This document shows, in pieces, positions 1-8,436 of a stretch of DNA of 40,984 nucleotides (position 1 is the stretch's first letter; every line of letters begins with the position of its first letter). The DNA comes from an uncultured bacterium. GTDB taxonomy: Bacteria; SAR324; NAC60-12. The stretch lies in NCBI GenBank assembly GCA_965662235.1, contig CBFIGY010000025.1, positions 1 through 40,984 of the forward strand, in the 5' to 3' direction. The notes under the pieces are model-generated. The model was not told the DNA's origin, made no database searches, and saw nothing but the letters and a program-made list of their open reading frames with translations. Position numbers and translations under genes: made by a program.

Positions 1-1
1 A

Positions 2-130
2 GGCGAGAATGAACTCAAAGCCGCTCAATTTAGGGTTGAATTCCCTGCTTTTAGCAAAAATAACAGTGGTCCATACCTGCTATGGGAGCAGTTTGCAAAT
101 GCGCTCAATCACCCCGAAAGGCTACGCTGA
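2..130 (+). CDS. 3' end of an unidentified CDS entering from the left edge
   Basis: Open frame from base 2 (GENELKAAQFRVEFPAFSKNNSGPYLLWEQFANALNHPERLR) to TGA at 128-130. More AT-rich than the rest of the window. No family recognised. Confidence 0.45.
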   Translation, partial: GENELKAAQFRVEFPAFSKNNSGPYLLWEQFANALNHPERLR

Positions 131-222
131 GCGACTTGGTAGGTAGGTGAACCCGTCGGTAAGACCGGCTGAGCTCAAAGTAAGCTCCAGCGGACAAGAC
201 GGGGCCACCAGAGCAAAAATAC

Positions 223-251
223 TTGTGATCCGTCAAGAAGCTTTCTACTGT
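223..251 (+). promoter_or_regulatory. candidate sigma70 promoter for the FAH-family gene
   Basis: TTGTGA (223-228), 17 bp spacer, TACTGT (246-251), about 60 bp upstream of ATG 314. Confidence 0.35.
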
Positions 252-313
252 TTGGGAGCCGGGCACGGAAGTCGTGCCGCCGAACCGTTGATGCTTGCTT
301 CCGGAGTTGATTG

Positions 314-1468
314 ATGTCACACACGTTGCCGTTTCCTGAACCGGGAACCTGGGCCCTGAGGGTCTGGAACCCTGAAGCGAAAGGCCCTTCGCTTGCCACC
401 CTTCGTTCCGGAGAGGTCTGGGACGTCACCTGCCGGGAGTTCCCGACCCTTCGGGACCTGCTGGAGCACGAAGCCCCGGCTGCGCGACTTGCGGAACTCC
501 CAGGAACCTCCTTAGGGTCCCTAGAGGCCGTGCTGGCCAATTCCACCGAGTCTCCGGACCCACAACGTCCCTTTCTGCTCGCTCCTGCTGACCTCCAAGC
601 GATCAAGGCCTGTGGGGTGACCTTTGCGACCTCCATGCTGGAGCGGGTCATTGAAGAGCGAGCCCGGGGAGATGCTCAGGGGGCAGAGGCGCTGCGAGAG
701 CGCTGTCAGCGTTTGCTGGGGCCGAGCCTGAAGAACCTGAAGCCCGGCTCTGAGGAAGCACAGGCGGTCAAGGAGATGCTGATTGCCGAAGGGTTGTGGT
801 CTCAGTACCTAGAAGTGGGAATTGGGCCAGATGCAGAGGTCTTTACCAAGAGCCAGCCCCTTTCAGCCGTCGGATGGGGCGCCAGCGTGGGGCTGCACCC
901 GATTTCGACCTGGAACAACCCGGAGCCTGAGGTGGTGCTGGCAGTTGATAGTCAAGGAGTCGTGAAGGGGGCCACACTGGGGAATGACGTCAACCTGCGG
1001 GACGTGGAAGGCCGCTCGGCGTTGCTTCTGGGAAAGGCCAAGGACAACAATGCCTCCTGCGCCGTGGGGCCAGGCGTGCGGCTGTTTGATGCCGAGTATG
1101 GACTGGAGGAGGTCCGGCAGGCGGAGCTGACCTTAACGGTGTCTGGAACAGAGGGCTTTCAGCTGGAAGGACACAGCTCCATGCGCGAGATCAGCCGTGA
1201 TCCGCTGGACCTGGTGGCGCAGACTCGCGGAGCGCATCACCAGTACCCGGATGGCTTCCTGCTCTTCCTCGGAACCCTGTTTGCGCCGGTGCAGGACCGG
1301 GAAGCCCCCGGAGCCGGCTTCACCCACCATCCTGGTGACGTGGTAACCATCTCCAATCCGGAGCTGGGGACTTTGCAGAACACCGTCCGTCTGTCAACAG
1401 AGTGTCCGCCCTGGACCTTTGGCTTTTCCAGCCTGATGCGCAACCTAGCCGCCCGTCAACTCCTCTGA
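314..1468 (+). CDS. fumarylacetoacetate hydrolase family protein (XylX-like 2-keto-3-deoxy sugar-acid dehydratase type)
   Basis: FAH-family motifs LQAIKACGVTF, AEVFTK, WNNPEPE, LGNDVNLRDVEGRSALLLGKAKD, GFTH. GGAG at 303-306 precedes ATG 314. Confidence 0.88.
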   Translation: MSHTLPFPEPGTWALRVWNPEAKGPSLATLRSGEVWDVTCREFPTLRDLLEHEAPAARLAELPGTSLGSLEAVLANSTESPDPQRPFLLAPADLQAIKACGVTFATSMLERVIEERARGDAQGAEALRERCQRLLGPSLKNLKPGSEEAQAVKEMLIAEGLWSQYLEVGIGPDAEVFTKSQPLSAVGWGASVGLHPISTWNNPEPEVVLAVDSQGVVKGATLGNDVNLRDVEGRSALLLGKAKDNNASCAVGPGVRLFDAEYGLEEVRQAELTLTVSGTEGFQLEGHSSMREISRDPLDLVAQTRGAHHQYPDGFLLFLGTLFAPVQDREAPGAGFTHHPGDVVTISNPELGTLQNTVRLSTECPPWTFGFSSLMRNLAARQLL

Positions 1469-1479
1469 AGGGAAATTCC

Positions 1480-1510
1480 CTCCCTCCGAAAGCCCACTTG
1501 CCTGAGGGAG
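1480..1510. terminator. inverted repeat between convergent genes (possible terminator)
   Basis: CTCCCTC (1480-1486) and GAGGGAG (1504-1510) lie in the 45-bp gap between two convergent stop codons. No clear U-tract. Confidence 0.3.
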
Positions 1511-1513
1511 CCT

Positions 1514-2182
1514 TTAGCGGTTCTCTCGGGAGGCTTCGACGTCCTTGGCAAACTGTTCCATGGCCCGCCGGGTCAGTTCATCCTCACATAACGCGTAGGC
1601 GAGTGCCGGTGGAATGGTCACCGCAGCAGCACCGACGGCCATCACACGGGCCAGGACATCCGCATTCCGGATGCTTGCCGCCAGCAGCAGCGTTCCTTGC
1701 GCCTGCGCCTCCACACACGCCTGTAGCAGCGACCAGACATCCCGTCCCGCCTCACTCAAGCGCCCAACATACGGTGCCACCCAGCTGGCCTGTTGCTCGA
1801 CGGCCCACAGGAGCTGTATCGGATTGGCCAGACCCGTGAGCAAAAACGGCAGCTCGTGCTGCCGGACGAGCCCAATGGCGTCTTCCCACTGAGGGTGACA
1901 GGGAAGCTTGATCGTGAGGCGTACACCGAGCTGGTGGGCGGCAGGAACAAGCTGCCGGAGGTAGTCTTCCACTTCCTGGGCATCGGGACTGGGGAGCTGG
2001 ACCATCAGCTCCGGGAGGTGCTGCCGGCTCGTGGCTTCCAGCAGCCTGAGGTACGTCACCAGCGTGACCGCCTGTCCGCTACGGTGGACAATTGTTGGGT
2101 TGGTGGTGATGCCACTAATGGGCGGCAACCCCGCTTTTCCTGTCCATTGAGTGGGATCGGCGCTGTCGAGGTACAGTTTCAT
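1514..2182 (-). CDS. transaldolase family protein, fructose-6-phosphate aldolase (FSA)-like
   Basis: MKLYLDSAD start, GITTNPT, Schiff-base Lys in TIKLP, APYVGR, LLAASIR. Start moved to ATG 2182 to match the family N-terminus. Confidence 0.85.
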   Translation of the reverse strand: MKLYLDSADPTQWTGKAGLPPISGITTNPTIVHRSGQAVTLVTYLRLLEATSRQHLPELMVQLPSPDAQEVEDYLRQLVPAAHQLGVRLTIKLPCHPQWEDAIGLVRQHELPFLLTGLANPIQLLWAVEQQASWVAPYVGRLSEAGRDVWSLLQACVEAQAQGTLLLAASIRNADVLARVMAVGAAAVTIPPALAYALCEDELTRRAMEQFAKDVEASRENR

Positions 2183-2301
2183 GGTTCGGCTTTGAGGGTT
2201 GGCGAGTAAGGGTGTCCTGAAAAACAGATTCATTTTATGAGGTTCCGGGCGTCTCGTCAAAGCGAATGCGTCCCCGGTCAGCTCGGAAACGGACACTGGT
2301 T

Positions 2302-2318
2302 TGCTTATTTTTTAGACA
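2302..2318. promoter_or_regulatory. candidate enhancer-binding protein (NtrC-like) site
   Basis: 17-bp imperfect dyad TGCTTATTTTTTAGACA with an AT-rich centre, about 85-100 bp upstream of the -24 element. Confidence 0.35.
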
Positions 2319-2400
2319 CAGTCTCGTCCGGTTGCGAAATTAAATCGCACTCATTTTAATCGATATGATTGATTAGATTGGAATTACAGCTCTTTAGGGG

Positions 2401-2417
2401 TTGGCACTTCCGTTGCT
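2401..2417 (+). promoter_or_regulatory. sigma54 (-24/-12) promoter of the ATP-grasp/Anbu operon
   Basis: TTGGCAC-TTCCG-TTGCT is an exact TGGCAC-N5-TTGCW match, 50 bp upstream of ATG 2468. Confidence 0.8.
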
Positions 2418-2467
2418 GAAGGGAGAAGGACGCGATCCTCGCGATCTTACCCCCAAGGAGTACGGAG

Positions 2468-3886
2468 ATGGAGTCTCAGGTTTTCGATGAAATGATCGGG
2501 CTGGATGGGCAGGTTCGTCCCATCTATGAACGCCTTCAGCAGTGGCTGGAAGAGGTGCCACAGGACCTGCTGACGCTGAGGCGAGAGGAGGCAGAAACCC
2601 TGTTTCGCCGCATTGGCATCACCTTCGCGGTCTATGGGGAAGGGGGGGATCCGGAGCGGCTGATCCCCTTTGATGTAATTCCCCGTTTGCTGGAAGCCCG
2701 GGAGTGGGACCGGATGGCAGCTGGGCTGGAGCAACGGGTCCGGGCCCTCAACGCCTTCCTGCACGACCTCTACCACGACCAAGAAATCCTCAAGGCCGGG
2801 ATCCTCCCCCGAGAGGTGATTCTGCGTAATCCCGCCTATCAGCCGGAGATGCAGGGCCTTGACGTCGCTAGGGCCGTTTACAGTCACATTTCCGGCATCG
2901 ACATGGTCCGCTTGGGACCGGATGACTTCTACGTACTGGAAGACAACGTCCGGACGCCCTCTGGGGTTTCCTACATGCTGGAAAACCGAGAGGTCACCAT
3001 GCGGCTCTTTCCGGAGCTGTTCTCCCGCTACGCGGTGGAGCCGGTGGATCACTACTGTGAGGACCTGCTGGCGACGCTCAAGTCGGTGGCCCCCCGTGAG
3101 TGTGAGGGCGATCCGATGGTGGCGGTTTTGACGCCAGGGATCCACAACAGCGCCTACTACGAGCACAGCTTCCTTGCCGACCAGATGGGGGTGGAGCTGG
3201 TGGAAGGCCCCGACCTGTTTGTCCAGGACCGCTTTGTTTACATGCGGACGACAGAGGGGCCCAAGCGTGTGGACGTCCTCTATCGTCGCGTGGATGACGC
3301 CTTTCTGGACCCGCTGGTGTTCAACCCGAACTCCATGCTGGGGGTTCCTGGGCTGATGGCCGCCTACCGCATGGGGACCGTCACGCTGGCCAACGCGGTC
3401 GGAACCGGGATTGCAGACGACAAGGCGATTTACATCCAGGTGCCCGAAATGATCCGCTTCTACTTTGGAGAGGAACCCAAGCTGAAAAATGTCCCCACGT
3501 GGCAGTGCTCGCGTGAGGAGGAGTGTCAGTACGTCTTGGAACGCCTAGAGGAGCTGGTGGTCAAGGAAGTTCACGGCTCCGGAGGATACGGAATGCTGGT
3601 GGGGCCGACGTCCAGCGCCCAGGAGCGAGAGGAGTATGCCGCGCGGATCCGGAACAATCCGGCCGAGTTCATCGCCCAGCCCACCCTGGCGCTGAGCACC
3701 TGTCCGACGCTGGTGGCGCAGGGTGTGGCGCCGCGTCACGTGGACCTGCGTCCCTTTGTGCTCATGGGCGAAACCCTTCAGGTGGTGCCCGGAGGCCTCA
3801 CGCGAGTGGCCTTGCAGGAAGGGTCCCTGGTCGTCAACAGCAGTCAGGGCGGGGGAACCAAAGACACCTGGGTGCTCAAAGCCTGA
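2468..3886 (+). CDS. circularly permuted type 2 ATP-grasp protein (peptide ligase)
   Basis: GITFAVYG, ERLIPFD, VLEDNVRTPSGVSYMLENR, YFEH-like AYYEHSFLA, DVLYRRVDD, SGGYGM, RHVDLRPF, VNSSQGGGTKDTWV. AAGGAG upstream. Confidence 0.95.
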   Translation: MESQVFDEMIGLDGQVRPIYERLQQWLEEVPQDLLTLRREEAETLFRRIGITFAVYGEGGDPERLIPFDVIPRLLEAREWDRMAAGLEQRVRALNAFLHDLYHDQEILKAGILPREVILRNPAYQPEMQGLDVARAVYSHISGIDMVRLGPDDFYVLEDNVRTPSGVSYMLENREVTMRLFPELFSRYAVEPVDHYCEDLLATLKSVAPRECEGDPMVAVLTPGIHNSAYYEHSFLADQMGVELVEGPDLFVQDRFVYMRTTEGPKRVDVLYRRVDDAFLDPLVFNPNSMLGVPGLMAAYRMGTVTLANAVGTGIADDKAIYIQVPEMIRFYFGEEPKLKNVPTWQCSREEECQYVLERLEELVVKEVHGSGGYGMLVGPTSSAQEREEYAARIRNNPAEFIAQPTLALSTCPTLVAQGVAPRHVDLRPFVLMGETLQVVPGGLTRVALQEGSLVVNSSQGGGTKDTWVLKA

Positions 3887-3916
3887 TCCGCCGACACTTC
3901 TGCCTCAAAAGGGAGC

Positions 3917-4867
3917 ATGCTTAGCCGAACCGCTGACAGCCTTTACTGGATGGCGCGCTACATGGAACGCGCCGGAAACCTGTCCCGCATCCTCGAGGTC
4001 GCGGACCGCATGGCCATGTCCCCCAGCCCGTCTCTGGAAGGATGGGCGCCTGGAAACGAGTGGCAGTCCGCCTTGATCACCTCTGGAACCGAGCAGGCCT
4101 TTCTGCAGAAGTACGAACAGGTCACTCCGGAGCAGGTGCTGTACTTTTTGGCCCTTGATGAAACCAATCCCTCCAGCATCTGGAACTGCCTGGAGACGGC
4201 TCGTCGGAACGGACGTGCCATGCGGACGGCGCTCACCCGGGAGGTCTGGGAAAACCTCAATGACACCTGGCTGGAGGTCCGGGGCTTCACGGCACAGCGC
4301 TTGGTTGGAGTGGAGCTGCGCAAGTTCCTGGACTGGGTCCGGGAGCGGTCTCTGCAGTTTCATGGCGCAGTCACCGGGACCATGCTCCGCGATGATGCCT
4401 ATGCCTTCACCCGGCTGGGGGCACAGGTGGAGCGTGCCGACAACACTGCGCGGATTCTGGACGTCAAGTACCACATCCTTCTGCCAGATTACGCGCCTGT
4501 AGGGGGCGGGCGCGACTTCTACCAGTGGGCGGCCATTCTGCGTGCTGTCTCAGCGCACCGCAGCTACCGCTTCATCTACCGTCAGTCCTACAAGCCCTGG
4601 CTGATTGCAGACCTGCTGATGCTCCGTGAGGAAATGCCCCGTTCGCTGGTGGCCTGCCTGGGGCACATCTGCACCCATCTGGAGTCCTTGGGGCAGCGCT
4701 ACGGGCAGCGTCATGAATGCCACCGGCTGGCCGGACAGCTGCACGCCCGCCTGCGCTTTGCCAAGATCGACGAGGTGTTCCAGAGCGGCCTTCACGAGTT
4801 CCTGACGGACTTCATTGGACGCAACATGGGCCTCAACGACCAGATCCGCACAGACTTTTTGATGTAA
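3917..4867 (+). CDS. alpha-E domain protein (DUF403-type)
   Basis: MLSRTADSLYWMARYMERA, second ERAD..ARILDVKY repeat, PRSL. Canonical position after the CP-ATP-grasp gene. Confidence 0.93.
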   Translation: MLSRTADSLYWMARYMERAGNLSRILEVADRMAMSPSPSLEGWAPGNEWQSALITSGTEQAFLQKYEQVTPEQVLYFLALDETNPSSIWNCLETARRNGRAMRTALTREVWENLNDTWLEVRGFTAQRLVGVELRKFLDWVRERSLQFHGAVTGTMLRDDAYAFTRLGAQVERADNTARILDVKYHILLPDYAPVGGGRDFYQWAAILRAVSAHRSYRFIYRQSYKPWLIADLLMLREEMPRSLVACLGHICTHLESLGQRYGQRHECHRLAGQLHARLRFAKIDEVFQSGLHEFLTDFIGRNMGLNDQIRTDFLM

Positions 4868-4871
4868 GCTG

Positions 4872-5687
4872 ATGCGCCTCCGAATCGATCACACCACCAC
4901 CTACAGCTACTCGCATCCGGTGGCCTACAGCGCCCAGCAGATTCGTCTGCTTCCGGATTCCTTTGAGGGACAGGAAATCGTCTCCTGGCGCCTGGAGTCG
5001 GAGTGCCGGACGTGTCCGGAGTTCCGGGATGGCTTCGGCAACCGGACGGCGTTCATCACGCTGGACCGTCCGCATGCCGGGCTGACGCTCCGGGTGGTGG
5101 GAGAGGTCCGGACCGAAAACTACCACGGTCTGGTGCGGGGGCTCCCGGAACCGCTGGCCCCAGAATTCTTCCTCCGCCCCACGCTGCGGACCCGTCCGTC
5201 CCTGGCGCTGCAGCAGCTGACCCGGCAGGTTCCGGACCGCGGAGGCGCCGTGGAACGGCTGCATCGGCTGATGAACCAGGTCCGTCTGCAGGTGCTCTAT
5301 GAGACCGGGGAAACGCATGTGGCCACCACCGCTGATGAAGCACTGGCGCATGGCCGAGGAGTGTGTCAGGATCATGCCCACGTTTTCATCGCCTGTGCGC
5401 GTCTGCTGGGCTTTCCAGCCCGCTACGTCAGTGGCTACCTCTGGACCCGTTGCGATGTTCACCATGACGCCAGTCATGCTTGGGCGGAAGCCTGGGTGCC
5501 CGACCTCGGCTGGGTGGGATTTGATCCTGCCAACGGGGTCAGTCCCACAGAAGCTTACGTCCGCTTGGCTTCCGGATTGGATTATGGCGACGCTGCACCG
5601 GTTCGGGGAGTGCGCCGAGGCGGCGGCCAGGAAGCCCTGGCGGTCCACCTGCAGGTTCAGCAGGCACAGCATCAGGTGGCGGCATGA
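4872..5687 (+). CDS. transglutaminase family protein
   Basis: N-terminal I.H.T.Y.Y domain. Catalytic triad in GVCQDHAH, HAWAE and GFDPAN. GLDYGDAAPVRG. Confidence 0.93.
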   Translation: MRLRIDHTTTYSYSHPVAYSAQQIRLLPDSFEGQEIVSWRLESECRTCPEFRDGFGNRTAFITLDRPHAGLTLRVVGEVRTENYHGLVRGLPEPLAPEFFLRPTLRTRPSLALQQLTRQVPDRGGAVERLHRLMNQVRLQVLYETGETHVATTADEALAHGRGVCQDHAHVFIACARLLGFPARYVSGYLWTRCDVHHDASHAWAEAWVPDLGWVGFDPANGVSPTEAYVRLASGLDYGDAAPVRGVRRGGGQEALAVHLQVQQAQHQVAA

Positions 5688-5705
5688 ACCTTACTCCATT
5701 CCTCT

Positions 5706-6488
5706 ATGACCTACTGTCTCGGACTCTTCCTTGAGGAGGGGCTCGTCCTTCTAAGCGACACCCGGACCAACGCCGGGGTCGACCATGTCTCGTCTTACCG
5801 AAAAATGCATCTGTTCCACGAGCCCGGGGAGCGGATGATCGCGTTGATGTCGTCAGGCAACCTGGCCGTGACCCAGGCCGTGGTGAACCTCCTCACCGAA
5901 GGCCTGCAGGCAGTGGGGCTTCCGGCAGATCAGATTGCTGAACCGCCCGAAACCCTGATGACGGTGCCCAGCATGTTCCGGGCGGCTCAACTGGTGGGAG
6001 AAGCGGTCCGGGAGGTGTACCGGGTGGATGGCCAGACCCTGGAGGCTCAGGGGGCAGGCTTCAGTGCCTCCTTCTTGTTGGGGGGGCAGGTGAAGGGACG
6101 GCCGATGCGGCTCTTTCAGGTTTACTCGGCCGGGAACTTCATTGAAGCTGCCCCAGACACTCCCTTTCTGCAGATTGGTGAGCACAAGTACGGCAAGCCC
6201 ATCCTGGACCGTGCGGTGCACCACGACACGTCACTGCTGGATGGCGTCAAGCTGGCGCTCATCTCCATGGACTCCACCCTCCGGAGCAACCTGTCAGTCG
6301 GTCTTCCGGCCGACCTGCTGGTGTACCGGCGCGATGCCCACACCATCGCCTGGCAGCACCGCATTGAAGAAGACGATCCCTACTTCCGGAACCTGAGGCA
6401 GATCTGGTCCGATGCTCTGCATAAGGCCTATCAGGGGGTGCCGGATCCCAACTGGCTCATTCCGGACTTCTCGAACACTTCCCCTTAA
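5706..6488 (+). CDS. proteasome-type NTN protease (Anbu)
   Basis: MTYC start giving an N-terminal Thr, SDTRTNAGVD, GNLA.TQ, GNFIEA, QIGE.KYGKPILDR, SMDSTLRSNLSVG. Confidence 0.93.
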   Translation: MTYCLGLFLEEGLVLLSDTRTNAGVDHVSSYRKMHLFHEPGERMIALMSSGNLAVTQAVVNLLTEGLQAVGLPADQIAEPPETLMTVPSMFRAAQLVGEAVREVYRVDGQTLEAQGAGFSASFLLGGQVKGRPMRLFQVYSAGNFIEAAPDTPFLQIGEHKYGKPILDRAVHHDTSLLDGVKLALISMDSTLRSNLSVGLPADLLVYRRDAHTIAWQHRIEEDDPYFRNLRQIWSDALHKAYQGVPDPNWLIPDFSNTSP

Positions 6489-6504
6489 CCCCCAAGGAGG
6501 CTTC

Positions 6505-7485
6505 ATGCACGTTCTCATCACTGGTGCTGCCGGCATGCTCGGTCGCAAGCTGGCGGAGAGTTTGATTCAGAACCCGACCCTCGGTACGCAAACCGTCTCG
6601 CGCCTGACGCTGGTGGATCAGGTCGAACCGCTGCTTCAGGCAGACGGCTTTGCCGGAGAGTTGGTCAAAGACGTGGTGGACCTAGGGGCTCCGGAGGTTC
6701 CCGAGGCGCTGATCGCCCAGCGTCCAGACCTGATCTTCCACCTGGCCGCCGTGGTCTCGGCAGAAGCAGAAGCGGATTTTGAGAAGGGGTACCGCATCAA
6801 CCTCGACAGCACCCGAGGCCTTCTGGAAGCCATCCGCCAGCAGGCAGACACCTGCCCGCGTTTTGTCTTTGCCTCTTCCATTGCCGTTTTCGGCACCCCC
6901 TTTCCCACTCCCATCCCAGAAACCTACCAACGCACCCCCCTCACCAGCTACGGCACTCAAAAGGCCATTGCGGAACTCCTGCTTGCCGATTACTCCCGAC
7001 GAGGCTTCCTGCAGGGCATTGGCCTGCGCCTTCCCACCCTCTGCATCCGTCCCGGCGCTCCCAACAAAGCGGCCTCCAGCTTCTTCTCAGGAATTCTGCG
7101 CGAGCCCCTGAACGGAGAAGAGGCCACCTTGCCTGTTGCCGAAACGGTACGCCACTGGCATGCAAGTCCCCGAGCAGCAGTCGGATTTCTGCGTCATGCT
7201 GCGACTCTGGATCTGAGTGCGCTTGGAACCGACTGCAACTTGACGATGCCCGGACTTGCGGCGACCGTTCAGGAGCAGCTGGAAGCCCTAGAGCGTGCCG
7301 CTGGCCCTGAAGCCCGGCAGCGCGTGCAACACGCCCCAGATCCTACCATTGAGCGGATCGTCACCAGCTGGCCCCAAGCCCTGGAAGCAGAGCGCGCCCA
7401 AGCCCTGGGCTTCTCTGCGGAGGAAAATTTCGACGAGATCATTCGGGTGTACCTGGAAGAAGAGGGTTCTTCTTTCTCGTCATAA
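6505..7485 (+). CDS. denD: D-erythronate dehydrogenase-like extended SDR
   Basis: GAAGMLG Rossmann motif, FHLAAVVSAEAE, SSIAVFG, YGTQK (YxxxK), RPGAPNKAASSFFSGILREPL. AAGGAGG precedes ATG 6505. Confidence 0.8.
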   Translation: MHVLITGAAGMLGRKLAESLIQNPTLGTQTVSRLTLVDQVEPLLQADGFAGELVKDVVDLGAPEVPEALIAQRPDLIFHLAAVVSAEAEADFEKGYRINLDSTRGLLEAIRQQADTCPRFVFASSIAVFGTPFPTPIPETYQRTPLTSYGTQKAIAELLLADYSRRGFLQGIGLRLPTLCIRPGAPNKAASSFFSGILREPLNGEEATLPVAETVRHWHASPRAAVGFLRHAATLDLSALGTDCNLTMPGLAATVQEQLEALERAAGPEARQRVQHAPDPTIERIVTSWPQALEAERAQALGFSAEENFDEIIRVYLEEEGSSFSS

Positions 7486-7740
7486 TAAAAGAGCTTTCTC
7501 GCGAAAAAGAAGGGTTTGCCAAAGATGCCAGCAAGGCGCTGAGCGTTTTTTGAGCGGAGGGTCTGCCAAAAGTCGTTTCTCTCTTAAAAAATGTGATCGC
7601 TAGCAGCTCATGGTGTCCAAATTTTTTGTCCAGACGCTTGATTTTTTATTTTCGCTGGTTGAATATTTGTTACGCTTTTTGAAACGTTTGCAGTATTCCT
7701 CCACTTCATCAAACAGTAGAGTCCTTATGAGAAAGCGTTT

Positions 7741-8436
7741 ATGAATGCCTACGGATACGTGCGTCTCAACACCCAGCACCAGCGTCCTTCAGACTTGGAT
7801 CTGGAGCAGCAGCAGACTCTGATCCTGCATTATGCTGAGGAGAAGGGGTTTAATGTAACGACTGTGCTCACGGAAGAGGCTCCAACAAGCACCCAGGAAT
7901 TGCCGGGGATCCGGGAGCTGATTGAGCTGGCGGGCAAGGGAGAGCTGTCGGCCCTGATCATTGCGCGGCTGGACCGTCTGACGCGGAACATCCGTTTTTA
8001 CGCGGATCTGTTAGCCGTCTTCCGCAAGCACAATGTTCGCTTGATCTCGGTCAAGGAGGGGATTGATTCACAGGAATCCTCGGGGCAGTTGGCGCTGGAG
8101 ACGCTTCTGCATGCTGCACGCTGGGACGCCAAGCGGATCTCGGATCGCACCAAGGAATTCATTGAACGCAAGCGTTCCTATGGAGAGCGAGTGGGGCACG
8201 CGCCTTACGGGTTCCACTACGTCCGACGGAAGCTTCAGCCGCTGAAGAAGGAGATCGCCACGGCTTTGTGGATTCGAGAGAAGCGTCGTGATGACTCAAT
8301 GAGTTACCACAGCATTGCCAAGCAGCTCAACACCCGGAGAACGCCCTCGAAGCGTGGAGGAAAGTGGTATGCGGAAACGGTGAAGGCCGTGTGCGAAAAT
8401 CCGATTTATGAGCCGTTTGAGGGACGTTCTCTGTAG
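7741..8436 (+). CDS. serine recombinase/resolvase homolog lacking the catalytic Ser
   Basis: YGYVRLN where YxRVS is expected. RLDRLTR, ISDRTK, APYGF and C-terminal SYHSIAKQLN...GGKW...V recombinase DNA-binding domain are present. Confidence 0.85.
   Translation: MNAYGYVRLNTQHQRPSDLDLEQQQTLILHYAEEKGFNVTTVLTEEAPTSTQELPGIRELIELAGKGELSALIIARLDRLTRNIRFYADLLAVFRKHNVRLISVKEGIDSQESSGQLALETLLHAARWDAKRISDRTKEFIERKRSYGERVGHAPYGFHYVRRKLQPLKKEIATALWIREKRRDDSMSYHSIAKQLNTRRTPSKRGGKWYAETVKAVCENPIYEPFEGRSL

Noticed and set aside
256..290. GAGCCG-GGCACG-GAAGT-CGTGCC resembling group II intron domain V
   Set aside because: The 3' side lacks the closing CGGTTC-type strand and no reverse transcriptase is visible. 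Treated as a simple leader hairpin.
7588..7610. AAATGTGATC as a CRP site
   Set aside because: Only one half-site matches. The second half is GCAGC rather than TCACA.
7741..8436. Recombinase as marker of an integrated mobile element
   Set aside because: No att-like direct repeats, terminal inverted repeats, cargo or phage genes were seen, and the catalytic Ser is absent.
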